Source: a virus
Reading direction: 5' to 3' (one strand)
IMG/VR virus record: IMGVR_UViG_3300020391_000005
Location: 1 to 64,000 of that record
Length of the DNA stretch: 64,000 nucleotides
Part shown: positions 40,371 through 48,594 of the stretch, one piece after another
Position numbering within the stretch: position 1 is the first letter of the stretch
Layout of the letters: every line of letters starts with the position of its first letter
Notes under the pieces: model-generated
The model's input: the letters and a program-made list of their open reading frames with translations, nothing else
Databases searched by the model: none
What the model was told of the DNA's origin: nothing
Position numbers and translations under genes: made by a program

Positions 40371-41262
40371 GAAAGCCTTAGGCCGTTGTTGGTCTAATGA
40401 TGACGAGCATCAGTTTCACTGCCCAAAGTGTAATCACCACAAACTAAAATTATCAGTCAACATAGAAAAGGATGTGTTCAAGTGTTGGATATGTGATTAC
40501 TCTGGCACAAAGATATCTCCGCTTATCCGCAGGTATGCACCAGCTTACTATGCAGACTGGCGTAGTCTTGCAGGTGAAGTGGACCTGTCAAAATATGACA
40601 CTATCTTCGCAGAACATGTACCAGAGCCGCCACAGATCATTGACTTACCAGAAAACTTTCAAACACTAACAGGCAAAAAGACAAGACTTAAGCGCCGCGC
40701 TTTGGAATATCTTTACTTCCGAGGGTTTACAGACAGAGACATACTAACTTGGAAAATCGGCTTTTGTGACTATGGAGAGTATCATGATAGGATTATCATC
40801 CCGAGCTTTGATGATGATGGTAACGTTAACTTCTTTGTGGCCAGATCATATACGGACGACTGGATGAAATACAAGAACCCAAGAGTCAGCAAAGATATTA
40901 TCTTCAATGACCTAAACATCGACTGGGACGATGATGTAATCTTGGCCGAAGGTGTGTTCGATGCAATGAAGTGTAAGAACGCTGTACCCTTACTTGGGTC
41001 GACCTTGCGAGAGAACTCAAGGCTATTCCAAAAGATATGTGAACGCAAACCAGATGTATACTTGGCCCTAGACGAAGATGTCAAAGGAAAAGAGTTCGGG
41101 ATAGCAAAGAAACTAAGAGAATATGGTATAAAGGTTATGTCTATTGATGTCAGCGGCTATTCAGACATCGGAGAGATGCCACAAGAGGTGGTAGAACAGA
41201 GAAAACAAAATGCGGATATTGTATCCGATTTAGACTATTTACATTATAAATTAGATTTTTAG
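40345..41262 (+). CDS. DNA primase (T4 gp61/DnaG-like)
   Basis: Zn ribbon CPKC...CWIC; RIIIP..FFVAR; KYKNP; TOPRIM AEGVFD and LALDEDV; TTG start with AGGAG RBS. Confidence 0.92.
   Translation: MSEKLKLLKKALGRCWSNDDEHQFHCPKCNHHKLKLSVNIEKDVFKCWICDYSGTKISPLIRRYAPAYYADWRSLAGEVDLSKYDTIFAEHVPEPPQIIDLPENFQTLTGKKTRLKRRALEYLYFRGFTDRDILTWKIGFCDYGEYHDRIIIPSFDDDGNVNFFVARSYTDDWMKYKNPRVSKDIIFNDLNIDWDDDVILAEGVFDAMKCKNAVPLLGSTLRENSRLFQKICERKPDVYLALDEDVKGKEFGIAKKLREYGIKVMSIDVSGYSDIGEMPQEVVEQRKQNADIVSDLDYLHYKLDF
41234..41242 (+). promoter_or_regulatory. Putative late promoter motif (ACTATTTAC)
   Basis: At the 3' end of the primase gene, about 30 nt upstream of ATG 41273. Confidence 0.5.
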
Positions 41263-41272
41263 GAGCACAATA

Positions 41273-41470
41273 ATGAAAAAATCAGAACTTAGAAAAATAA
41301 TCGCAGAAGAAGTAAAGACAGTTATCAACGAAGATATTGGTAAATTATTTGATTTGTCTACCAAAGCAGGAGACAATGCTGCGAAGAACCCACCGCTTGC
41401 CATAGGCCAGTTAGTACAGGTGCTTCAAGGTGTTTTACAAGAACTATCAACACTAAAAGGAGCACAATAA
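41273..41470 (+). CDS. Small putative internal head protein
   Basis: AGGAG RBS; N-terminus MKKSELRKIIAEE shared with 53003 and 41470. Confidence 0.75.
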   Translation: MKKSELRKIIAEEVKTVINEDIGKLFDLSTKAGDNAAKNPPLAIGQLVQVLQGVLQELSTLKGAQ

Positions 41471-41640
41471 TGGAACTTACTAAAAGAAGACTAAAAGAAA
41501 TCATCGCAGAAGAGATGAACCACTTAGCAGAAACAGGTGACCTCAACATGATCACCGAAGCAGAAAAGAAAGCATTCGCTATCATTCTTGAAAAGCTTAC
41601 GCCAAAACAACTGGAAGATCTCGGCCTTAAGAGGCTGTAA
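41470..41640 (+). CDS. Small putative internal head protein (56 aa; not in ORF track)
   Basis: MELTKRRLKEIIAEEMNHLAETGDLNMITEAEKKAFAIILEKLTPKQLEDLGLKRL; same AGGAGCACAATAATG initiation region as 41273; TAATG overlaps at both ends. Confidence 0.8.
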   Translation: MELTKRRLKEIIAEEMNHLAETGDLNMITEAEKKAFAIILEKLTPKQLEDLGLKRL

Positions 41641-41963
41641 TGATATCTTTAACAGAATTAGCAGCACAAAAGATTATAGAGATTTTTGATTCTCTAGATA
41701 ATAAACCTGTTGGAATCCAAGCAGGTGTTAAAGGCGGTGGATGTTCCGGTTTTAGTTATTATCTAGATTATGTACATGAGCATAGGGAAGATTTTAAAAT
41801 GTTTGATTCTAACGGCGTCAAAGTTTATATGGACCATAAAAGTTTTTTATATCTAATGGGCACTGAAATAGATTTTGAAGATGGTCTTTCTGGTGCCGGA
41901 TTTAAATTTGTTAACCCTAACGCAAAAAGAACTTGCGGATGCGGAGAAAGTTTTAGTATTTAG
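41640..41963 (+). CDS. iscA: A-type iron-sulfur cluster carrier (IscA/HesB family)
   Basis: GVKGGGCSGFSY and NPNAKRTCGCGESFS supply the three conserved Cys. Confidence 0.95.
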   Translation: MISLTELAAQKIIEIFDSLDNKPVGIQAGVKGGGCSGFSYYLDYVHEHREDFKMFDSNGVKVYMDHKSFLYLMGTEIDFEDGLSGAGFKFVNPNAKRTCGCGESFSI

Positions 41964-41964
41964 C

Positions 41965-41993
41965 TTGACATACCTAAAATATTTTGATAAACT
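41965..41993 (+). promoter_or_regulatory. Sigma70-type promoter
   Basis: TTGACA, 17-nt spacer, TAAACT with extended TG; intergenic, upstream of the GGAG RBS of 42024. Confidence 0.65.
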
Positions 41994-42023
41994 TATATTA
42001 CAATAACCATTTACGGAGAATAA

Positions 42024-45000
42024 ATGAAGTTTGCTCATATTGCGGATACCCATATCCGAAATTTAAAATACCATTTTGAATACAGAGAAGTATTTAAACA
42101 ATTATATCAATCATTAAAAAAAGAAAAAGTAGACTACATTATCCACTGCGGTGATATCGCCCACACAAAGACGCAGATATCACCAGAGTTTGTTGATATG
42201 TGTAGAGACTTTTTTGAGAACCTTGCAGATATAGCTCCGACTTACATCATCTTAGGTAATCATGATGGTAATCTACGCAATGGTTCAAGACAAGATGCTT
42301 TGTCCCCCATTGCAAAAGCTATTAATAATCCAAATCTTATATTGTTAAAGAACGCTGGAGAGGTAAAGATTAATGATAAGTTTTGCTTAAATGTTTTATC
42401 AGTATTTGACGAAGATAATTGGGTAGAGCCATCTGATTATAATGTAATTAATATTGCTTTATATCATGGAGCTATTGACAAATCAAAGACAGATAGTAAC
42501 TGGACTCTAGGAGGAGATCACAGTATTGAAATCTTCGAAGAGTTTGACTTTGGTTTTTTAGGAGACATCCATAAAACTCAGCAGTTAGATAAAGAAGCGC
42601 GCATTTGGTATGCAGGGTCAACAGTGCAGCAAAACTTTGGAGAAACTTTAGACAAAGGTTATTTACTTTGGGATATTGAAAGTAAAGACGAGTTTAGTAC
42701 AAAGCTCATCACTTTTGACAATCCAAAGCCCTTTGTGACACTTACTTTGAGTGAGAAGGGTAACCTTCCTAGAGCGAAGCCACCAGAAGGAGCTAGGCTT
42801 CGTATTGTATCTGAAAGTAACGTATCTTTAGATAAGGTGCGCAAAGCTGTGGATGTTGCAAAGTTTAGATATAATCCAGAGTCAGTGACTTATTTAAACA
42901 GAGCAGCCGGTAAACAAATCAAAGTTGCCGCGCCCGAAGGTATAAAAAAGCAAGACTTACGAGACTTAAAGACACAAGAAACTTTGATGGCTGAATATTT
43001 GAAAGAATATGAAGCAACTGAAGAGGTGCTTGAAAGGGTTTATCAATTAAACAAAGACTTTAATAAGCAAATAGAAGAGAACGAAGATGTCATGAGAAAT
43101 GTTAACTGGTCTTTACAAAGTTTAGAGTGGGATAGTTTATTCAACTATGCAGAGGGCAACTTCATAGATTTTACAAAACTAGAAGGGATTGTAGGTATTT
43201 TTGGAAAAAACTACTCAGGTAAGTCTTCTATTGTAGATACTTTATTATATTCTATGTACAATTCTACTTCCAAATCTATTCGCAAAAATTTGAATATTAT
43301 TAATCAAAATAAAGATGAGTGTGTTGCAACAGCAACAATTAAAATTGATGGAACAAATTATATTATTGAGCGTAAATCCAATAAATATACAAAGAGATTG
43401 AAGGGTGTTGAAACTCAAGAAGCAACAACCGATCTAGAATTTTATTCGCAGGATCCTATCGGTAATCATGTAAGTTTAAATGGCACTTCAAGACAAGATA
43501 CGGATAAAAATGTAAGAAAATATTTCGGAACACTTCAGGATTTTTTAGCAACCTCTATGGCATCTCAATTAGATTCTTTATCATTTATCAATGAAGGTTC
43601 TACTAAGAGAAAAGAATTTCTTGCAAAATTTTTAGATTTAGAGATCTTTGATAAAAAATTTAAAATGGCTAAAGAAGCATCTGCGGATATTAAAGCATCT
43701 TTAAAACGCCTGGAGGGTATTGATTTTGATACAAACATTAAATCAATAAAATCAGAAATAACAAGAGGAGAACTTGCTATTGAAAAAAATAAGGCTTTTT
43801 GTGCAATTTTAAAAAAAGAACTGGCTGATCTAATATACCAAATTAAAAATCTACAAGATAAAATAGATTCTGTACCGGCAGAAATTATTGATCCCGTTAT
43901 AACGGCTAAGAATATTGCTAAAAAAGAAAAAGCTATTTTAGAAATAAACTCAAAAAAAATAGAAGCACAAAAAAGTCTTAGTGAAGATAAGGTCAAGTAT
44001 GAAAAAATAGAAATTTTTCTAAAAGATTTTGAAATTGAAAAATATACAGAGAAAAAAGAATCGTTTACTAAAGCTAAAGAGGAACTAGATAATCTAATTT
44101 TACTTTTAAAAAACTTGTCTGAACAAAAAGCTTTACTTGTTACTGAGCAGAATAAAGTATGTGACAGTTGTGTTCCATTAGTTGGTGAAACTGTTGAACA
44201 GAAGTCTCATCAAATATCTTTAGTCTCTAAGCAGATTAATGAGATCGGAAAAGTATTCTCATATGAAGAACAAATTAAAATTAATGATTATATAAAAAAA
44301 TATAAATCGTTAATTGAAAAAAGAGATAATCTTGCAAATTCAATAGCCACTAACAATCTTATTGTTGAGCGCGCCGATAGTCTATTATTTAAGGAGCAAA
44401 TTCATTTAGACGATCTAAGAGGCAAGGCTACAGAATACGAAGACAACAAAGAAGCGATCGAAAATTTAAAGCAACTTATGTCAAATAAAGACAAGTTGAA
44501 CAATCAAGTAAAAGATAAAGAACTTGACCTAAATTCTTGTAATCAAAAGATTATGCATCTTCATAAAAAGCATGGATCTTCAGAGCAGAAGCTTCTTCAT
44601 ATGCAACAACAATATAAAGAATTCCAAGAATTAGAACAAGATTTTGCTGCATACCATCTTTTTATGGTCTGTTGTCATCCCAACGGCGTTTCATATGAAA
44701 TTATTAAGGAAAGATTGCCTTTCATTAATCAGGAAATTTCTAAGATACTGACCAATATTGTAGAGTTTGAAGTGTTTATTTCTAACAACGAAGATAAATT
44801 AGATATCTTTATCAAGCATCCCAGCCATGACCCTAGACCACTGGAGATGGGATCCGGAGCAGAAAAGACTATAGCTAGTATGGCAATTAGGCTGGCGTTT
44901 TTAACAGTGTCCAGTTTACCAAAGTCTGACCTATTTATACTTGACGAGCCAGGAACTGCTCTTGATGAAGAAAATATGGAAGGTTTTGTGCGTATCTTAG

Positions 45001-45122
45001 ACATGGTTAAAGGTTACTTCAAAACTGTTCTCCTTATCTCGCACTTAGATAGTCTAAAAGACTGTGTAGATATGCAAATAAACATCGAGAAAATAAATGG
45101 CTATGCGCATGTAAATATATAG
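42024..45122 (+). CDS. Fused Mre11/SbcD nuclease - Rad50/SbcC ATPase (T4 gp47-gp46 equivalent)
   Basis: Phosphoesterase motifs ADTH, GDIAH, GNHD, YHG, GDIH; Walker A GKNYSGKS; CDSC hook; signature MGSGAE; Walker B FILDEP; ISH. Confidence 0.93.
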   Translation: MKFAHIADTHIRNLKYHFEYREVFKQLYQSLKKEKVDYIIHCGDIAHTKTQISPEFVDMCRDFFENLADIAPTYIILGNHDGNLRNGSRQDALSPIAKAINNPNLILLKNAGEVKINDKFCLNVLSVFDEDNWVEPSDYNVINIALYHGAIDKSKTDSNWTLGGDHSIEIFEEFDFGFLGDIHKTQQLDKEARIWYAGSTVQQNFGETLDKGYLLWDIESKDEFSTKLITFDNPKPFVTLTLSEKGNLPRAKPPEGARLRIVSESNVSLDKVRKAVDVAKFRYNPESVTYLNRAAGKQIKVAAPEGIKKQDLRDLKTQETLMAEYLKEYEATEEVLERVYQLNKDFNKQIEENEDVMRNVNWSLQSLEWDSLFNYAEGNFIDFTKLEGIVGIFGKNYSGKSSIVDTLLYSMYNSTSKSIRKNLNIINQNKDECVATATIKIDGTNYIIERKSNKYTKRLKGVETQEATTDLEFYSQDPIGNHVSLNGTSRQDTDKNVRKYFGTLQDFLATSMASQLDSLSFINEGSTKRKEFLAKFLDLEIFDKKFKMAKEASADIKASLKRLEGIDFDTNIKSIKSEITRGELAIEKNKAFCAILKKELADLIYQIKNLQDKIDSVPAEIIDPVITAKNIAKKEKAILEINSKKIEAQKSLSEDKVKYEKIEIFLKDFEIEKYTEKKESFTKAKEELDNLILLLKNLSEQKALLVTEQNKVCDSCVPLVGETVEQKSHQISLVSKQINEIGKVFSYEEQIKINDYIKKYKSLIEKRDNLANSIATNNLIVERADSLLFKEQIHLDDLRGKATEYEDNKEAIENLKQLMSNKDKLNNQVKDKELDLNSCNQKIMHLHKKHGSSEQKLLHMQQQYKEFQELEQDFAAYHLFMVCCHPNGVSYEIIKERLPFINQEISKILTNIVEFEVFISNNEDKLDIFIKHPSHDPRPLEMGSGAEKTIASMAIRLAFLTVSSLPKSDLFILDEPGTALDEENMEGFVRILDMVKGYFKTVLLISHLDSLKDCVDMQINIEKINGYAHVNI

Positions 45123-45130
45123 GAGGATTT

Positions 45131-45331
45131 ATGGTGGCACGTTTAAAAGCAATTGCAGATAAATATACAGAAAGATTTATATCAAGAAAATTTTTAGCAT
45201 GGATCACAGCTACAACTTTATGCGGAATTGGAATGGTTACAAGCGGTGATTGGGTTGCTGTGACTTTAGCATACATTGGATCTCAAGCTTTGGTAGATCT
45301 TGCTGTACAATGGAAGCATGGTCCAAAATGA
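45131..45331 (+). CDS. Putative holin
   Basis: 66 aa, SRKFL followed by two hydrophobic helices; AGGAGG RBS; upstream of spanin-like genes. Confidence 0.65.
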   Translation: MVARLKAIADKYTERFISRKFLAWITATTLCGIGMVTSGDWVAVTLAYIGSQALVDLAVQWKHGPK

Positions 45332-45717
45332 TTTTTAAAATTAAAATAGCTTGGGAGTGCATTAAGAAAAACTGGAAAATAGCAATTCTCTCCATATGGT
45401 CAGTTTTAGTATGGTTTCTTTCACGAAGGTCGTCGTCAGCTGCTATTGAAGCTATGAAAGCAAATAAAAAATCTTATGAAGATCAAATAAAATCTTTAAA
45501 AGAGCAACATAAAATTGAAGTTAAAAAAAGAGAAGAACTTCGCTTAAAATATGAAGAAACTCTTGTTAAGATAGAAGAGAAGTATAAAAAGAAAAAACAA
45601 GAACTTTCAAGAATTGAAAAAAATAAAGTCAAAGAGATTGTAGAAAAAGCAAAGGATAACCCTGATGAGATTGATAAAAAGATACAAGAGTTGTTTGGTT
45701 TTACTTCTGACGCTTAG
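45328..45717 (+). CDS. Putative inner-membrane spanin (Rz-like)
   Basis: N-terminal TM (IAILSIWSVLVWFL) followed by a charged coiled coil; start moved to the ATGA overlap at 45328. Confidence 0.5.
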   Translation: MIFKIKIAWECIKKNWKIAILSIWSVLVWFLSRRSSSAAIEAMKANKKSYEDQIKSLKEQHKIEVKKREELRLKYEETLVKIEEKYKKKKQELSRIEKNKVKEIVEKAKDNPDEIDKKIQELFGFTSDA

Positions 45718-46099
45718 TCTAGCATCAACAACTTTTGCATCTCCTGGAAAATATGTTCGCCTAAAAGAGGGTGAAAAAATACCATGGCAAGGCTGGTGCT
45801 TTGATGGTCAAGCCGTAGCTGAACTAGTAGCGAGTAAAGAACTTGCAGAACAAAAGTGTGAACTGCACACAATGCAGGAGTTAGACCAACAAAAAGCACG
45901 ATTTGACTTACAGATTGGCGAGCTTCTTGCATCAATGGAATATGAAGTTCAAACAAGAGATGTTACAATTCAAGCTTTACAAGAAGAGAATTTAAAAATT
46001 GAACAAGCTTTAATACACGATACTAAGTATGGATGGATCGCCCCCACCGCGCTTGGATTTATCGCCGGCGCCTTAACTATATTTTTGGTAACATTGTGA
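45665..46099 (+). CDS. Exported coiled-coil protein with C-terminal TM (possible second spanin subunit)
   Basis: Signal peptide (LVLLLTLSLASTTFA), coiled coil, C-terminal hydrophobic tail; overlaps the previous gene by 53 nt. Confidence 0.5.
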   Translation: MRLIKRYKSCLVLLLTLSLASTTFASPGKYVRLKEGEKIPWQGWCFDGQAVAELVASKELAEQKCELHTMQELDQQKARFDLQIGELLASMEYEVQTRDVTIQALQEENLKIEQALIHDTKYGWIAPTALGFIAGALTIFLVTL

Positions 46100-46467
46100 A
46101 GAAAAAAGATTTAAATGAAATAGCAAAGATTGAAAAGGCAATAAGAGAAAAGTATGGAGAGGAGACGATACAAAATCCAAAAAAAGATTGGGATCCTGAA
46201 AAAGAAAAAAAATACTTAGAAAACCTTAGATCATTTTACTCGGAAACATCTAGAAAAAAAGAAACAACTCAAGTTAACGGATTTTTAGTAAGGAAAAGTA
46301 AAACTAAAACTGATATTAAAAGAACGTGCCCTGTATGCGGAGCTTACTCTTTTTCCTCTCAAGATGATTTATATATGACTAAGTTTAGCTGTTGCTTCAA
46401 ATGTTACATACAGTATGTTGAGGATCGAGAGGATAGATGGAAATCGGGCTGGAGACCAAACAGCTGA
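46096..46467 (+). CDS. Hypothetical Zn-finger protein
   Basis: CPVC...CCFKC; start moved to the GTGA overlap at 46096. Confidence 0.7.
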   Translation: MKKKDLNEIAKIEKAIREKYGEETIQNPKKDWDPEKEKKYLENLRSFYSETSRKKETTQVNGFLVRKSKTKTDIKRTCPVCGAYSFSSQDDLYMTKFSCCFKCYIQYVEDREDRWKSGWRPNS

Positions 46468-46476
46468 CTATTTATA
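46467..46476 (+). promoter_or_regulatory. Putative late promoter motif (ACTATTTATA)
   Basis: Intergenic, upstream of the GAGG RBS and ATG 46508. Confidence 0.6.
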
Positions 46477-46507
46477 TTAGTACACTATTTTAAGAGGAAA
46501 CAAAAAC

Positions 46508-46993
46508 ATGGCAACTACTTTAGAAATTATTAATGGCATATCACAAGTATTGGCAAATAGTTATGACGGCGCTCACGACGAATCAGGAGAGCTTGTGACT
46601 ATAGGTCTCAGAAGAGAAGAGGGAAACCCCTTGGTGGACCATCGTATTATGGATGGTTTTTCAGCTTGTGTTAAAGGCGGCCGCTTACACATCAAATATC
46701 ATGCTGAAATACCACTTAAAGAGACACATACAAATGATTTTGAGGGTGAAATGGAGCAGATGGTAGAAAAAGTAAAATCATTTATTCAAAAAGAATATAA
46801 AAAAGTTACAAAACAAGCGCTTTCACTGTCAGACCCAAGTGAAGTAGATGTGTTGGTAGAGTATCTGTCGCGTGTTAGAACAAGCGTTAAAGTACGCAAG
46901 TGTTACAAAATTGGTTCGATGCCTGTCGAGCCTGAAGTTGAAACAGACCCTCAATACGAAAAATTTGTAACGCTTAGCGGTTTAAAATCTTAA
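46508..46993 (+). CDS. Hypothetical protein directly upstream of terminase
   Basis: 161-aa ORF with RBS. Confidence 0.8.
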   Translation: MATTLEIINGISQVLANSYDGAHDESGELVTIGLRREEGNPLVDHRIMDGFSACVKGGRLHIKYHAEIPLKETHTNDFEGEMEQMVEKVKSFIQKEYKKVTKQALSLSDPSEVDVLVEYLSRVRTSVKVRKCYKIGSMPVEPEVETDPQYEKFVTLSGLKS

Positions 46994-47002
46994 GAGAAGC
47001 CA

Positions 47003-48589
47003 GTGCCAATAAAACTTACAAAGCAAGAAATAATGAGAGAAATAGTTAAGTGTGGCAAGAACCCTGACTATTTTATTTATACGTATGCTAAAATTACACA
47101 CCCCATAAAAGGCTTGATACCTTTTCACCTATATCCATTTCAAAAACAATTGATAGAAGATTTCGAAGACAATCGATTCAATGTAATATTAAAAGCTAGG
47201 CAACTTGGCATATCTACTGTAACAGCTGCATATGTAGCTTGGATGATGTTATTTCGTAGAGAAAAAAATGTGCTAGTTATTGCAACTAAATTTAACACTG
47301 CTGCAAATCTGGTAAAAAAAGTAAAAGCCATTATAAAAAATCTACCAGACTGGTTAAAAATCTCTACAGTTGAGATCGATAATAGAACATCATTCGTTTT
47401 AGACAATGGGTCACAGATAAAGGCATCTTCAACTTCTGGGGATGCAGGACGTTCCGAAGCTCTATCTCTTCTTGTTATTGATGAGGCAGCGCATGTTGAG
47501 GGATTGGAGGACTTATGGATGGGCCTGTATCCTACATTGTCAACTGGTGGTCGCTGTATTGCTTTGTCTACTCCAAACGGTGTTGGAAACTGGTTTCACA
47601 AGACATATTCCGAAGCAGAGAATAAAATAAATGATTTTTTCCCTACAAAATTACCATGGGATGTACACCCTGATAGAAATTACGACTGGTTTGAAAAAGA
47701 AACTAAAAACATGTCCAAGAGAGAGATAGCTCAAGAGCTTAAGTGTAATTTTAATATGTCTGGAGAAACAGTATTTGCTTCGGAAAATATTCAATCATAT
47801 TTAAATATGGTTTGTGAACCAAAACATAGAACAGGCTTTGATAGAAATCTTTGGATCTGGGAGGAACGAAAGCAAGAAAATACGTATTTAGTTTCTGCAG
47901 ATGTCGCACGAGGAGATGGAAAAGATTATTCAGTCTGTCATGTTTTAAAATTAGAAACTATGGAGATAGTTGCAGAATATCAAGGAAAAGTTACACCCGA
48001 TATATTTTCTAGAGTATTAAACGATGTTGGTAGAGAGTATGGAGACGCTCTCTTGGTTGTAGAAAATAATTCTGTTGGGTTTGCGGTTTTAGAAAAATTA
48101 AAAGAATTACAATATCCAAACTTATATCACTCGATAAAGTCAACTCATGAATTTGTAGAGGAATATCAAGCAGATCAAATGTCAAATGCAGTATCTGGGT
48201 TTTCGACAACTTCTAAAACTCGTCCTCTAATCGTAGCGAAGATGGAAGAATTCATTAGAAACAATCTAATTAAAATATATTCTTCAAGGCTTCTTATGGA
48301 GATGGAGACTTTTGTATGGAATAACGGCCGCGCTGAGGCGATGAGATCATACAATGATGATTTAATAATGTCTTGCGCCGTCGCCTGTTGGGTTAGGGAT
48401 ACTGCTTTGTCAAAAAACCATAAAGATCTAGAATACAATAAAGCCTTTATTGGAGCGATAACAATGAGTTCAAACCAACTAGATACTAGAATAAAAGGTA
48501 TGACTGGAACTAGAAAACTAAAAATGTCTGAAGAAATCAATAAACATGCAAAAGCAACAACTGACTTCCCTTGGTTGTTTAAAGGATAA
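47003..48589 (+). CDS. terL: Terminase large subunit (T4 gp17-like)
   Basis: LYPFQ Q-motif; KARQLGIST Walker A; LLVIDEAAH Walker B; STPNG; nuclease SADVARGDGKDYS and DDLIM. Confidence 0.97.
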   Translation: MPIKLTKQEIMREIVKCGKNPDYFIYTYAKITHPIKGLIPFHLYPFQKQLIEDFEDNRFNVILKARQLGISTVTAAYVAWMMLFRREKNVLVIATKFNTAANLVKKVKAIIKNLPDWLKISTVEIDNRTSFVLDNGSQIKASSTSGDAGRSEALSLLVIDEAAHVEGLEDLWMGLYPTLSTGGRCIALSTPNGVGNWFHKTYSEAENKINDFFPTKLPWDVHPDRNYDWFEKETKNMSKREIAQELKCNFNMSGETVFASENIQSYLNMVCEPKHRTGFDRNLWIWEERKQENTYLVSADVARGDGKDYSVCHVLKLETMEIVAEYQGKVTPDIFSRVLNDVGREYGDALLVVENNSVGFAVLEKLKELQYPNLYHSIKSTHEFVEEYQADQMSNAVSGFSTTSKTRPLIVAKMEEFIRNNLIKIYSSRLLMEMETFVWNNGRAEAMRSYNDDLIMSCAVACWVRDTALSKNHKDLEYNKAFIGAITMSSNQLDTRIKGMTGTRKLKMSEEINKHAKATTDFPWLFKG

Positions 48590-48594
48590 TAAAA

